From Lingula anatina (taxonomy: Eukaryota; Animalia; Brachiopoda), in the NCBI GenBank assembly GCA_051362555.1, contig CM120641.1, forward strand, positions 2,294,001-2,358,000: a DNA stretch of 64,000 bases, written 5' to 3'. A model generated the notes under the pieces. That model was not told where the DNA came from. It saw only the letters and a list, made by a program, of their open reading frames with translations, and made no database searches. How positions within the stretch are numbered: the first letter of the stretch is position 1; every line of letters begins with the position of its first letter. The position numbers were made by a program, and so were the translations under genes. Shown piece by piece: positions 13,195 through 26,600 of this stretch.

Positions 13195-15855
13195 GTTGAA
13201 CGAATGTAATCCGTCAATGCCTTTCTTTGCCGATTGCGCACAGCGACGTTTTTATACGTTGGTTATCAGGACCTTAGTCATAAACGATAAGATTAACAGA
13301 TCCCCGCCACTTGAATTATTATTTAAGATTCGTCTAGTCTTGCATTTGATTATCGCTTCTGTTCATATTACAGTATTGAGATTTTTCTCACAATGTTGTG
13401 AAATATATACTTTGCATATACCGGGTTTTGACAGCTTAAAATGAAAATTTATATTAATTTTCAAGGACGTAAAACAGCATTGCACATATTGTCCCTTTAT
13501 CGATATAGAAGGGATTACATGTCGTTCAATGGCAAAGAAACAATTCTGTTTGTTGTATTCGGATAATTAGCTTTTGAAACCCGAACGAATAAAAAATGTA
13601 GTCGATTGGCCATTGTAACAGTAAAACGGCTTCCAAATAAATCAGTAACCTTTTGACATGGTAACATGGGCGAGGACGGATAAAAAGGAAAAGAATATTT
13701 TGATAAAGATTAAAAAAAAATAATTGGTTAAACTTCAAGCGAAAATAGGACCCATGCCATAGAGAGCACAACTTTAGTGGACGATATAAGAAAAAGCATT
13801 TAGGGACATAATTAGGGTTAAGTGTATGAGGAAACAAAATTTGGCGCTCCATACTTTCTTATCATTATTATTAGTACTTTACTTGTTGCGAAAGTGAATG
13901 GGGCTGAAAAGTCCACATGACACCGGCCATGTTGTACACAGAATATTTGGGTGACGCAGGGACGTAAGTACACTGTCCCGGGATCCCTATATCAACAGCG
14001 CCATCTAGGTAGGAACTCAATTTTTGTGCTCTTGGCCGTTTCAAACTGGACCCACTACCTCCGACTACCACCAGCCATAATTTTGTAGCTGCATCCAGAA
14101 AAAAACTTTTTTTTATCTTCTTTTCCGTGTATAATGCATATATAGGGTTCCCAAATAACTTAAATGTCTTAGTCTTAAAAGATCTCCCAGTTTTAGACTA
14201 TAAATTGGCATTGCATTAACGCCTCTTCCGTATTATCATTGATCAATTTATATCGATCAATTTATCTATAGATACCTAACTACCTGGTTATTATTGGCTA
14301 ACCAATTAAAAAATCGAAATAAAATCGATATGTCATTATCCAATATTCAAGGCCACCATGAATTATACTCTGTTAATTGCAATGTTAAGTACAGACGAGT
14401 CGATAAACGGTAGCCCTAAAAACTGACAACTACAAAAAAATCATTTTACCGACACCATGTAAACTGTTTTGTTGAAAAGCGAGAACTGTCCATTTAGAGG
14501 CTTAATGCAGCAATATTTGCAGACGATACACAAATTTGCGTTGCGCGTCATTGCGTTGCTGGTTGCATTTCTGTCGCGTTGATGGAGGCTTGACCTCACG
14601 AAATCAACTTTTAGATGAGAACAAACATGCTGGCATGAACTGATGACCAGACTGAGGTTTTCTCAGATATAAAGAGAACGATATAAATAGGACTAACATT
14701 CATATTGGAAAAGTTTCCGTAAAGCCATCTTCCAGTCTGAAGAGCCTTGGTGTCCCGTTTGATAGACAAAAATGGGCTATTGGCAAATGGCATTTTAAAT
14801 GTTCGTGTTACACTTCCTATACATACTATTGGATTAGCGAGAACTACCCTGAGGAATTAGCACATGGTTTTATTACATCCAGATTATTGTAAACACATTC
14901 TTTTTGGTCTAAGTCAAAATCAATTGAACAAACTGCAACTAATCCAAATTACGACAGCCAGGTTTGTTCCAAAAATGAAAAGTGATAATTGAGAACACAG
15001 AACACTGTCTTAAAAGCACTTAACAGGCCGCATATTAGACAGAGAAAATCATTCTACGTTTGATGTATAATTTTAAAAAGAAGAAACCATAATATGCAAA
15101 TGAGCTCTTCAAACACACCGATTAGGATGCAATTTAAGGAATTCCACTCTAAATCGTTTCTTTTACAACGTTCACTTTTAAGGGAAAAATAATTGTTTGG
15201 GCGAACGGAAATTTACAATTTATGCACAAAACATATGGAACACTTTAAAACTACCTTGTGGTTTAAAAACTGCAATTAAAATTTTAAGAAATATTTAAAG
15301 TTTTAAATTTTAAATTGGTTTAAACTGTTTGATACAGTTTAGTTCTATAATGTTACATTTCCATCCTTTTAATTAATCCTTTACACTTATATTATAGTTA
15401 AAACCATAACAAGTAACACTTTTATACTAAAAATTGGCTCTTGTCAAGTATTTTGTTAGTTTTAGTTCTTAATTTTAATCTTTTAATGGAATGAGCCATA
15501 TATGAATAAATTCTATTGTTCTATCACTGCAGTCCAGGTAAACGTATCAGTAAATTCTTATTTAAATCTTAACATTACTTCAGATTCTTTGTTCTCATCA
15601 TCTGTGTCATCGAGGCATCAAAACACTTCCCCAAACACTTTGATCTGATTGGAAGGCTGGAAATCTATCGCTCCAGTCAGAGAGCGCCTCTTATTCCCTG
15701 GCAGTCAATCACTGTCTGATTAATTGTTCAAAATCCAGTTTTTAAATGCTTCAGCTTTGGCGCCACTCGCCTCGCTGGCGTCCCCGGAAGGATACTGTCT
15801 CAGTCACCAGAGCAAACCACCCGTTATGGCGAAAGTTAATCGAGAATATTCGTAC

Positions 15856-18060
15856 CTAAACAAAACGGAACGCAGCATCACCCGACGTATGAACATTATG
15901 GTGTAGGTAAATACGATATCCCGTGTGGCGAAGATAGTAGTCAGACAACGTAGAAGCTTCCAGAGCAAACCATCCGGTGTGTAAAATGTCCTGCCTGATG
16001 ACAAAAGTGGCCTCTTCATCAAAATTCGAACTTCCTTGTGCTGGAGAAGAGCGGTCTTCTAGGTTAACATGTGCGGAGTTGGAAATTTTATACCGAAAGA
16101 ACCAGTTCAGTTTGTCAACAGATTCGATGGACACCGTTCCTGCCACTCCGGTTAGACCGGGACTCCAAATGTTGAAGGTTTTAGAATCGCCGTTGATAAT
16201 GTAACAGTAGTTGTTGCCATCGTAGGACAGATAATATGATTGGTAGTTTTGGGACTGCATTCTAATGCCTGTGTGAAGAAAGGTTGGGGCTGACACTGAA
16301 AAAATAATAACAAGAGGCTAAAATGAACGTAGAAAAGTATTTTAAAGATGGCATCGTCCTGTGATTTTCTTTCAAACACAACAGTTCGACACTTCTTGGT
16401 TAAAGAGACGTGTTCAAAAATACGGCAAGCTGTAATACATAAGGCCAACATCTGCCATGCGTGCAAATTTTAAATAGTAAAGGGCCAAAATCAGTTGAGT
16501 TTATATATATCACGATTAAAAGCATGATACGCAAAACGCATTCGTACAGCTAGAATTTACTTACAGATTCTAAAAGCAGCATTTCTTTTGTAGTCATCTG
16601 TATCTTGGAAAGAGCCCACAGACAACAAGTTGTTGCCATGGGAAATATATTTCCCTGCATCATACGCTGCCTCAAACCCCAAATACCCGGTAAACCAGGT
16701 GCCATATCGAATTTTGAAGGTAGCGTCCTCGTAGAAAGTTTCTGGGCTGTAAGATTCTGGATCGGTTCCCCAGAGATCTACGGCGTTGGTGTCTGCGCGG
16801 TACCGGAAGAAGTGGCCCGGTTTATCGTTGGATTCGATGGAAACGGTTCCTTCCTCTCCCGTCAATCCAGGGCGTAGGATTCGGAAGGTCTTCCGGTCGT
16901 TCTGAATGATTTTGGCTCTGTCAGAGGCAGACGCATCGTATGTAAAGTAATAGGTGGGGTAGTTTTTGGACTGTATTTGTATATTTTCGAACTGATAAGC
17001 TGAAAATCCAACCAAAAATGATGAAATTAGAGAGGTACTTCATGCTGAACAGCTGCTGCTGTCAGGACATTTTTATAATTTGAAATATTTTGATTATTCA
17101 TCGTCTGCTATATATTTCGAATTGTAAAATATACTTACAAAGCTCAATCAGGCTGCAACTTTGGACGTCACTGTCAAAGCCATCTTTCTGAAACCAACCA
17201 ATTAAAGAATAAGGTCACTATGTGATAGTTAGAAATTACGACAACGATCTGGAGCTTCGAACGTTTATTCACCGACTCTCTTTTTAACACAATTTCACTA
17301 GTATTTATACTCTATTTCTCCGACACTGACCACGCGTTTACTTGTTTTCTTTTCCATTGTCTTTGCGTGATTACAATGAATTTTCCATTCTCATGTTGCA
17401 AACCTCCATTCAACATTTCCTTATTAGGTAATTTCTAAGAGACTTATTTCAATTAAAGATATCTAAAATATTGTTTGAATTACTCATGCTTGGACCTTAT
17501 CCAAAACTCAGTTATAATGTGATAAACAGTTGATCAAAATTAAAATATGTTATGAAATTAACGAATCACATAAACTGTTACTGACTTTGACCTTTTCAAC
17601 TTTTCCTGACACTAAAAACATGTTCTACACTTGTTGACTCTTGATGAAACAACTTACACTTATCCTTTTATTCGTTTGATTCCGTATAATTATTGTTTGT
17701 AATTATTGAAAGTGAAAGTCATTTGCTTTACAACAACTATGCACAGGCTGTTGGTTTTATCCTTTAAGGTGCGAATCAATCTGCTGGACAGCGTGTTTTA
17801 GCCCTTTTTTTTAAATATTGTCGCAGGCCAATACATCATATTCATACGTCTCAGCACTATTCGATATTTAGTAAACAAAAAAGTATTTAACAATATATAT
17901 ACTTATTGAAAATGAAAAGAAGATTAGGACATGTACTATCTTTGCAATTCCTTGGTTAAGCTTGAAATGGTAATCTATTAATCTATTTGGATAAATATCA
18001 AATATAAATACATTCAATATTGAATAAGTAAAGTAAAAATTCAAAAAGTCAAAGATATCG

Positions 18061-18092
<32 letters not shown>

Positions 18093-18703
18093 TACTGTTC
18101 TTCACTTATGTCGAATGTCAAGTACAGCTTATTCATTTATTCAAAACACAAACTCGCTTTAAACACCATAAAACCAAAATCACCACAGGAATAAATTCAT
18201 GGCCATCTCTTTGGAATGAGAGCCAACTTGCGCGATTTCAAGTTTTGGCGCTTTTTAATCAAATACGGTATATAAATTAACTAAGCGCTCTCAGCACGCT
18301 AATCAATCAAAATATTCTTTGGCTTTTATTGTAAAAATTGTCTTATGTACTTTTCATAAATATTTATCCTAGCACAGTTTACCTTCTCATAGTATGCGTA
18401 GCCCCGCCTTGTTTTCATGTTATTTCCTCTCTTGTCCACAATTCTCGAATTCAGCTCGCAAACTCGAGTCTTGTTATCAGACACATCTTCAAAGTTGAAG
18501 GAGAGGCATGCCGGCTCATCAAGGCATTTCAAGTAGCACTGGAGTCTGTTATAAACGTTGTGTGTGCTGAGAACGGAATACGCCAGTCGTACATCTTTAT
18601 CGCAGTTAGCGGGACGCTGTATAAAATTTGGAGTGCAGTGACCCGAGACAACCAAAGCACACAGAACGGTCATACAGAGCACGTCCGACATGACGAACAG
18701 CAT
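15856..18703 (-). CDS. Secreted PAN/Apple + 2x AbfB(CBM42)-like protein, copy A (414 aa, most divergent)
   Basis: Exons 18703-18383 (321 bp), 17187-17139 (49; KDGFDSDVQSCSLIEL), 16999-16565 (435) and 16295-15856 (440). The signal peptide differs and the introns do not align with B-D, but the domain cores are near-identical. Confidence 0.9.
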
Positions 18704-19469
18704 TTTGCTCTCTGGTGTAAGTTTCTTCCTTCTCGTGTACTTCCACGGGTTGGATTTTGGACACTGGGGGTTAATTGTTTGTTTAATGTCAGTTTTCTCA
18801 AGATTTAGAATTAATTTTTAAGTATACTTTTATTCATGAAAGACTTCACAATTATTTTCAAATTATACTTTTTTCATGATAAACTTGTAACAATTTTGTT
18901 AAAGAAATTAGTTTCTTCATACGGCTAGTTTTGTCTCATTTTCTCCCTAATATTACATTTTGCGATGTTATTTTAACGCTTTGAGCAAGTTACCGTATTC
19001 AAAGGAATTCAAGGTATTTTGAACTATACCGTTACATCGTAAAAGGGGAGCAGCCCTTGAATAGTAATATTTAATATGATCTCTTTTTATCATAAATATG
19101 TCACTGTATTGACATTTTCCTTGTAGTATTAAATGCTTGTCCAAGCCGTAAACCAAGTCGGTCAACAACCGTGGCCTAAATACATCTTTCCATTATCGAC
19201 CGATATATGTATTACATAACGTATTGGTGGAGATCAAGGCAATCAAGATATTGCAATTGATCCCTTTCGAAATTCAGCAAAATTAGTCAATATTCAATAA
19301 ATACTTTATTACTTTTGTTAACACTGTACAGATTAATGTTAAAATGATGGATATATAACCATCTTATAAACAAACCAAATTTTTTCCCCGGGGAAAAAGA
19401 AACCCCTCGAACCTTAACAAGCAAACACCAGATTATCCAGCTAGATCTACCGAGATTTTATTCTGTGCC

Positions 19470-22400
19470 ACTAGATAGCACAGAAGTTTTGGATAGGCAG
19501 CTTTTACCACATCTTTCTGGCTCCCAGTGCAAAAAGCTCATCCTTAAGCTCAATGCCTCAACGATGAAGGATTTTTCAGGGGTGGAAAATGCTGTTGGTG
19601 TGTTGTTGTAAAAACTTTCTTGCACAATTTCCATTGCAGCAGCTGTGAAATCACAACTACCACAGTTGTTGTTACTTGGTGCCAATAGGTTTATGATGAT
19701 AATGAGAGAGATAAAGTGAAGTTGGTATATTTGGGTGCTCTTTATTAAATACAGAAAACATTTAAACAGGATTAAATTGTGGTACTTTTCTTTCTAACTG
19801 TATAAAACGCGAATAAATGTTTATCTTAGTTTGAACATTGTCAACTAAATGACAAACGCGATTTTCATTCAAGTTTGTGAACTGCACAGTCCATGACCCT
19901 TTTACTAAGATATTCCACAATTTCATATAACTTTTCACTGTTCCTGTCTAACAGTACAAAGATGGCAGGCATACAGTATTCACTTTTTTGTTGTGGTCCT
20001 TTTGTTTAAAATCATAACCGAGATATCTTAGCAATCATCCTGTAAATGAAGGGCACAACGTGACTAATGCCAGGTTAAAGTCCGACTTGTGAACCCCTAG
20101 AGTGCTGTCATATCATATCACACCTACCTCAGACTGATACATGACGCATTTATAGTTATCGGCCAATACTGATAAGGGTTAGAATACTCTAGAAAACATA
20201 TTCTGACGTGCTGTTATCCTTAGAGAAACCATCGATTTCTGTCGACGAAGTTTCAGTTGTATGCAAGGTAAGGGTTTTAGGATGTGCTAACATAGTTTAC
20301 TAAGTGAGATGAGTAATATTTACGAAACAATCTCTCATCGGCCATCGCTTTGATTCCTTTTGACATTTGCCCTCTATGATTCAAAACAAAATGGCGAAAA
20401 TGTCAGATAAATGGTTAATATTTAAAGAAAGAAAGAAAGAATGCCAAGTCATGCTGTTTTGCATCACATTTTAGTGTTGACAATTAAGTGCCCCTAGATA
20501 AACTGTTATCCAAGTTTCTTTCAGTTTTCAACCAACAATTTAGGTTAGACTTACTAGCTTTCACCCAGGCCTTTTTTTTTTTTTTTTTTTTTTTTTTTGT
20601 GAAGACAAAGTTAAAACATAAATGAAAAGCATACAGTTACTGAATTTTTTGGACGACGAGCTATAGGATATTTCGTCTTGATTTTATGTGCATCTCTTTT
20701 ACAAAGGGTTACAATTCTCTATAGAAAACATATTCTGACGTGCGGTTATCCTTAGCGGTACCATCGATTTCTCTCGGCGAAGTTTCAGTTGTTTTCAAGG
20801 TAAGGGTTTTTAGATGTGCCAACATTAGTTATATTCTAAGTGAGATAGTAACAGTTTGAAAACAATCTCCCATCGGCCATAACTTTGTCTTCGTCCTTTG
20901 ATTGCCCTCCAAGATCCAAACCAAAATGGCGAAAACGTCATATAAATGTCTCATATTTTAAAGAAAGAAAGCCAGGTTATGCTGTTTTGTATATCGTTTT
21001 AGCGTTGACGATTTCCTTAAGGTAAATGCCATTCAAGCTGCTTTCAGTTTTAAATTAACAACTTAGACTAGATCTACTAGCTTTTACCACGTCCCAGGAC
21101 TTTTTTTTCCAAGACAATATTAAAACTAAAATAAAAAGCATGGTTTTTTATTAAGACTCGGGGAGCTTTATTCTGAGATATTATCTCATTTCCGCCATTA
21201 GATGACGGATTCTACTGTACAACTCGTGTGTACAGATTAAGATGGCGATCGGCAGACGCGTTGTAGAGTCGTTGTAGGCACGCTCGGCTGTCACTTTGAT
21301 TGGATCAACAACCTGGATAATGAACAAAGAACTTTTGGCTGCTACACTATAGTCTATCTTTACAGTTATATATTAAAAACAAATTTTAAAAAATCGCCAT
21401 TTATAGCATAAATTAATAAGCTTAGGAAACAAAAACTCGGAAAGAAGCAAAAGGGATCCATATGAAGGTTTTGGATAGACAGCTTTAACCACATCTTTCT
21501 GACTTCTAATAAAAAACTACTCTTAAAGCTCGATGCCTCAAGAATTAAGGGTTTTGGAGAGTCACATCTTATAGGAAAAGGGCGATCATTATCCATCGCT
21601 AAAGAACAGCAATACCGATCAATATGAAAAGAATCAAAGCCTAGTGGACGGCGAAAATAGACATGTCAGGGGGTGAAAAATGCTGTTGGTGTGTTGTAAA
21701 AAGTCTTTGCACAATTTCCATTGCAGCAGCTGAGAAATCACAACTACCACAATTGATGTTACTTGGTGTCAATAGGTTTGTGATAATAATGGGAGAGATA
21801 AAGTGAAGTTTGTTTGTTTGGGTGCTCTTTATTAAATACAGAAAACATTTAAACAGGATTAAATTGTGGTACTTTTCTTTCTAACTGTATAAAACGCGAA
21901 TAAATGTTTATCTTAGTTTGTACATGGTCTACTGAACGACAAACGCGATTTTCATTCAAGTTTTTGAACTGCACAGTCCATGACCCTTTTACTAGGATAT
22001 TCCACAATATCATATAACTTTTCACTGTTCCTGTCTAACAGTACACAGATGACAGGCATACAGTGTTCACTTTTAAAAGTTTTTGTTGTGGCCCTTCCGT
22101 TTAAAAATCATAACCGAGATTTCCTAGATATTATCCAGTAAATGGAGGGCACAACGTGACTTGTACCAGGTTAAAGTCCACCCTGTGAACCTTAGAGTGC
22201 TGTCTTTTCATACCACACCTACCTCAGGCTGATAAATGACGCATTTATAGTTATCGGACGATACTGATAAGGGTTAGAATACTCTAGAAAACATATTCTG
22301 ACGTGCGGTTATCCTTAGCGGAACCATCGATTTCTCTCGGCGAAGTTTCAGTTGTTTTCAGTGTAAGGATTTTTAGATGTGCCAACATTGATTGTTTACT

Positions 22401-23180
22401 AAGTGAGATGTTTAACATTTTGAAAACTCCCATCGGCACGAATTTTCAAGAATGTAAGCCGATGTATGCCGTTTTGTAAGTCGTATTAGTGTTGCAGAAT
22501 GCCATGAGGTAAATTTCATTCGAGTTTCTTTCAGTTTTAAACTGGCGACCTAGGCTACATTTGCTAGCTTTCACCACGTCACATGATTTTATTGGCCAAG
22601 ACAAAGTTAGAATCAAAGTATAAGCATCGAGGGGCTTTCTATTTTGATCTGTTATTTAATTTGACAGTGGATGACGAATTATCATGTGTACAGATTTAGA
22701 TGGAGATGTATTACTTTGATAAGTTCATGAACCTGGCTCTATATAATAGTATCGACCTCAACCCAGGCACACCTGACTTAAATTTTCTCATATATCATCC
22801 TGTTGTTTTTTTAATAACATTGTTACTGGTAACAAATTTTTATTTGTACCGGTGCAGCTGCATCGCAAAAATTTATTGACAAATATCAGAAGAATCGGAG
22901 CCTATCGCTAGTGGACAGAGAAAATATGCATGGCGGGTGTGAAAAATGCCGCGTAAATCCACTCCCCTAGCAAATATGTGCAATATCTCAGAATAACTTT
23001 TTACTGATCCTGCTTAGTAGTGGGAAGGTTGCGGTGGTACAGTGTTCACTTTTCTGCATTTTAATCGTGGTCTCTTTCCTTTACGACCACAAGCCAGATT
23101 TTTTATATCTAAATACAAGACATAACGTGACTTACATTATATTTGTATGCCGGGGTTAAGTTCGCTCCGTGAACCCTAGG
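19470..23180 (+). repeat. Nested non-coding tandem duplications upstream of the NLR gene
   Basis: About 19575-20340 is repeated at about 21670-22435. A sub-unit of about 500 bp starting tagaaaacatattctgacgtg occurs at about 20190, 20722 and 22285. A further degenerate copy lies at about 22900-23180. Confidence 0.8.
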
Positions 23181-23698
23181 CCCGTATTCCAGAATCTCCC
23201 TTTAGCGTTAAGGGAGACTTAAAGTCGACCTTATACAACATTTGTATTCCAAGACCTTTCTTTATCTCACTTGAAAGGAATCACTTAACAATCATCCTTA
23301 GCACCCATTTGATATACGAAAAACAAACATAAACAAAAGTCTTGAATTAAAACAAAAACAAACCTATAGAGTCTCATGGAGTCCAATAGGACGTGCCACA
23401 CGAAATTTTCGTAAGGGCATATGTTGCATAATACTATTCTTAAATTTTCTGTTGGTTTCATTTTAAATTATATTAGTTTTGATTTTTCTCTCAGGCCCAG
23501 ATGCAGTACTACGCCAAGTTGGGATGTCTGATGACCCGAACTGTATTTCAACATGTATAGACCTATTTTTTCGTAATCTGAGAATGAAATATACTTTCTG
23601 AGATTTATTGTTTCTTTCTTGCCTTTATTTAAGACAAAAGAAAGGAAGGTATACGGGGTTTTAATCAACTTCAATTTTATTTTGTCTCTCAGGTCAGA

Positions 23699-26600
23699 AT
23701 GCAGTACTACGCCAAGTTGGGATGTCTTCTCATTGACCATGGGACAGAGGGAATAAGAAATTACTTCCACAACCACATACTACGTGGACAGACACCACGG
23801 CAGTTCTTTACTACAAACAAGACACACATTGACAATCTCCATCATGGAAGACATGGGTGCAAGAGACTTATCAACAAGAGACAGTATGATCTGATCTTCC
23901 CTGCCAATAATCAGCCGCCTGATTTGAAGGGATTTGACATCACCCTCATCTTTTTATTAATTCGACAGTTTCAAGTGAGAATCTACTTCCTTGAAAATAT
24001 CCTTCGTGGTCAGTCGTTTTCCGACTACATGAACCTCAAGTCTGTCCAATCCATATTGCCACCTCCGTTACTATGTAATCTTATTCCAAAAGGGGGCGCT
24101 TTGCCACAATTTGACTCAACAAGCTCCCATGATCTTTACAAGCTAATACAGAATCTTCATCCAATTACCACGCATGTTTACCCGCCTAATGCACCAGTTT
24201 GGGATGATCCAGCAAAAGCTTCAGGTGCCCCACAAGACATGCAGGACATCGTTCTTTTCAAGTTTGAACGTAATTCACTTGCTCACCGTAAATCAACTGA
24301 CATCAGTCTCAGTGAATTTGAACAGAAGTGGACCACCATCTCCAGTGCCGTAATACGCCTTGGAGTGATGACTCCGTCAGAGATACAGGAACTAAAACAC
24401 AAACCAATTGAACCCGAGAGGGAAATGTCCTATCAAGTATGCATCTTACATGGCTATCTGGAAGAGATGGAAATGTTAAGGTTTATGCAAAATATGGATG
24501 TGAAATTAGACCATGTGTATGCAATGTTGAGTGAGTTGTATAAGCGACGAGAGATGCTAAGCTACCATCATGTTCAACAGACTTTAACGGTCCAAGAAAC
24601 AAACCTGCGTGTTGAAACCCATTACCATCCCGTACATACAGAGGAACGGCCAGAGAGGAAGACAGAACAGGGCATTTTGTCTGGTAAGTATATAACAATT
24701 ATGTTTTTAAAACATGTTACCCAGCAGTGTAATGTGCTTGGCAGCATGATTACTATCAGTTGTATAAGCTACCAGACCGACAAGATACCTCTAGCCCATT
24801 TGTCAGGTGGTTGATTACCGTAAAACTGTTATATTGTATTTGTTATACATAGCCAGTATATGCATTTTATAGAAAGATACACTGTTGGATGCTGAAAACA
24901 GGTTGTGCTGTCTTAAACAGTCTTTATTCTTTATCAGACTCAACAGCCCTTATTCTTAATCAGTTTCGATGATATCAATATACATGTAATAAGAGAGAAG
25001 GCCATTTTTGGTTCCGCTAATCTCGATTGCTGTGACCACCCGCAGTATGTTACAAACGATCCATTAACTTCTCGACAGTGTGGAGAATGTGTCACATCCA
25101 TCGACTGGCACCATTTTACAGCTTTTTACGACGACTTCCGATCGTGGTTTTGAAAGTGAACGCCATGCTGAAGGAGATGTTCGCAAAATTCACAGCCATG
25201 TTCTTACTTTTAGTGCCTAAACACGGAGGGTGTACGACAGCTTGCATGGCGGAATGGCTTTAGGTTATAAACCACTATCAGGGGCGGATCCAGGAATGTT
25301 TGAAGGGGAGGGGGTCCACGAATTTTGGTATTTTAGAGGGCAAACAGTGCCACTTGGTTCGGTTTAGAAGTATGACTCAACTGGTCAAAATTCTAAATTT
25401 AACATTAATTTTTTTTTCAGAAATCGAAGGACCCCACCAGACATCCCCCTCCTTGAATCCGCCACTCACTATTAAAAAGCCCATACACCTCACATAAATG
25501 CAGCTTGTTTGATCTCTATAAAGTGTAGTTAATGTCTAACATTTTCTGTTCTTTTACACACACACACACACACACACCACCCAACACATGCAATTTGCAG
25601 TTTGACTTTGTTTATTCTTCCAGAAAAACAGCTAACCTTGCTTCAAAACCACCTGGCAGCAAGGTACAACCGTGAGATGAGCTGTGTGCCGCGGATCCCC
25701 TGGGATGAGACCGACACCATGAACATTGATGATGTGTTTGTCGATCTGTCTCTCATCCAAGAACAAAAGGAAGGCGGTGGCACCAAAAAGGTTGAACTCA
25801 AGTCTTACCATGATATCTTTAGACCAGACATAAGAAAGAAAAGAATCATTATCAGAGGTAAAGCTGGCAGTGGCAAATCAACAGTTGCTGCAAAAATGGC
25901 AGTTGATTGGGCAAGGTTTAAGTTTCAGAGTTCAAATAGAAGTTCGACGGAAGAATGTCTCTATAACAGAACAAAACGCCCCCAAACAGAAGGGAATCAT
26001 TTACATTATCTTGAAAATATGTCTCTTCTGTTTCTTATCAGGTTAAGGTTTCTTGACAAAGACCAAACTCTGCTTGACTCAATCAAAGATCAGCTGATTG
26101 ACCCATCTCTTGAAATAACAGATGAAGCTATGTTAAAGTACATGCATTCCAATGCTGAAAGAATCCTCATCATATTAGATGGTTATGATGAATATAACAT
26201 GGATAGTGCCAACCCCCAGAATGACATATCCAAACTGATAAAAGGGGAAACATTTGCTAATGTAACAGTAATTATCACTTCACGTCCATGGAAAGCACAC
26301 GAGTTGTCCAAACATAGGCCCAGTGACACGCATGTTGAAATAAACGACATGTCCCCGGATGAAATTGACAAATTCATACAAAACCATTTCAAAGGTAGAG
26401 ATCCAGGTTACCACGAATATGTTGTGTGTTACGTAGAGAAGTTCGATCTATCCATATCACCCACCCCGTTACTTTTGCTCTTTATATGCATTCTGTGGGA
26501 TGAAAAACCTGCAGAAGAAATGCCCGATTCCCTCACGGTTCTTTACCATGAACTTGTAACCCTACTTTCGGATAGATACATAGCCCGTCAAGAACATCAA

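Noticed and set aside
271-17015. AbfB ORFs as bacterial or fungal contamination, or as standalone genes
   Set aside because: They are bounded by conserved GT-AG sites with consistent phases and splice to the PAN exons; the ORF-track termini are intronic read-through. An ancient horizontal origin cannot be judged without a phylogeny.
352-18808. Recurrent plus-strand ORFs (352-591, 6326-6565, 12061-12300, 16605-16877, 1367-1552, 7329-7547, 13061-13444, 18338-18808)
   Set aside because: They are antisense shadows of the duplicated PAN and AbfB exons, and recur only because those exons are duplicated.
21470-21605. Possible Gypsy RT/RNase H remnant (LLLKLDASRIKGFG..GRSLSIA), also at about 19485-19575
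   Set aside because: The similarity is short and degenerate, with no LTRs or other pol motifs, so it is too weak to annotate.
23975-24197. HEPN insert as an intron (GTGAGA donor-like start)
   Set aside because: The nearest downstream CAG (24195-24197) gives an out-of-frame join, and the insert is stop-free and protein-like.
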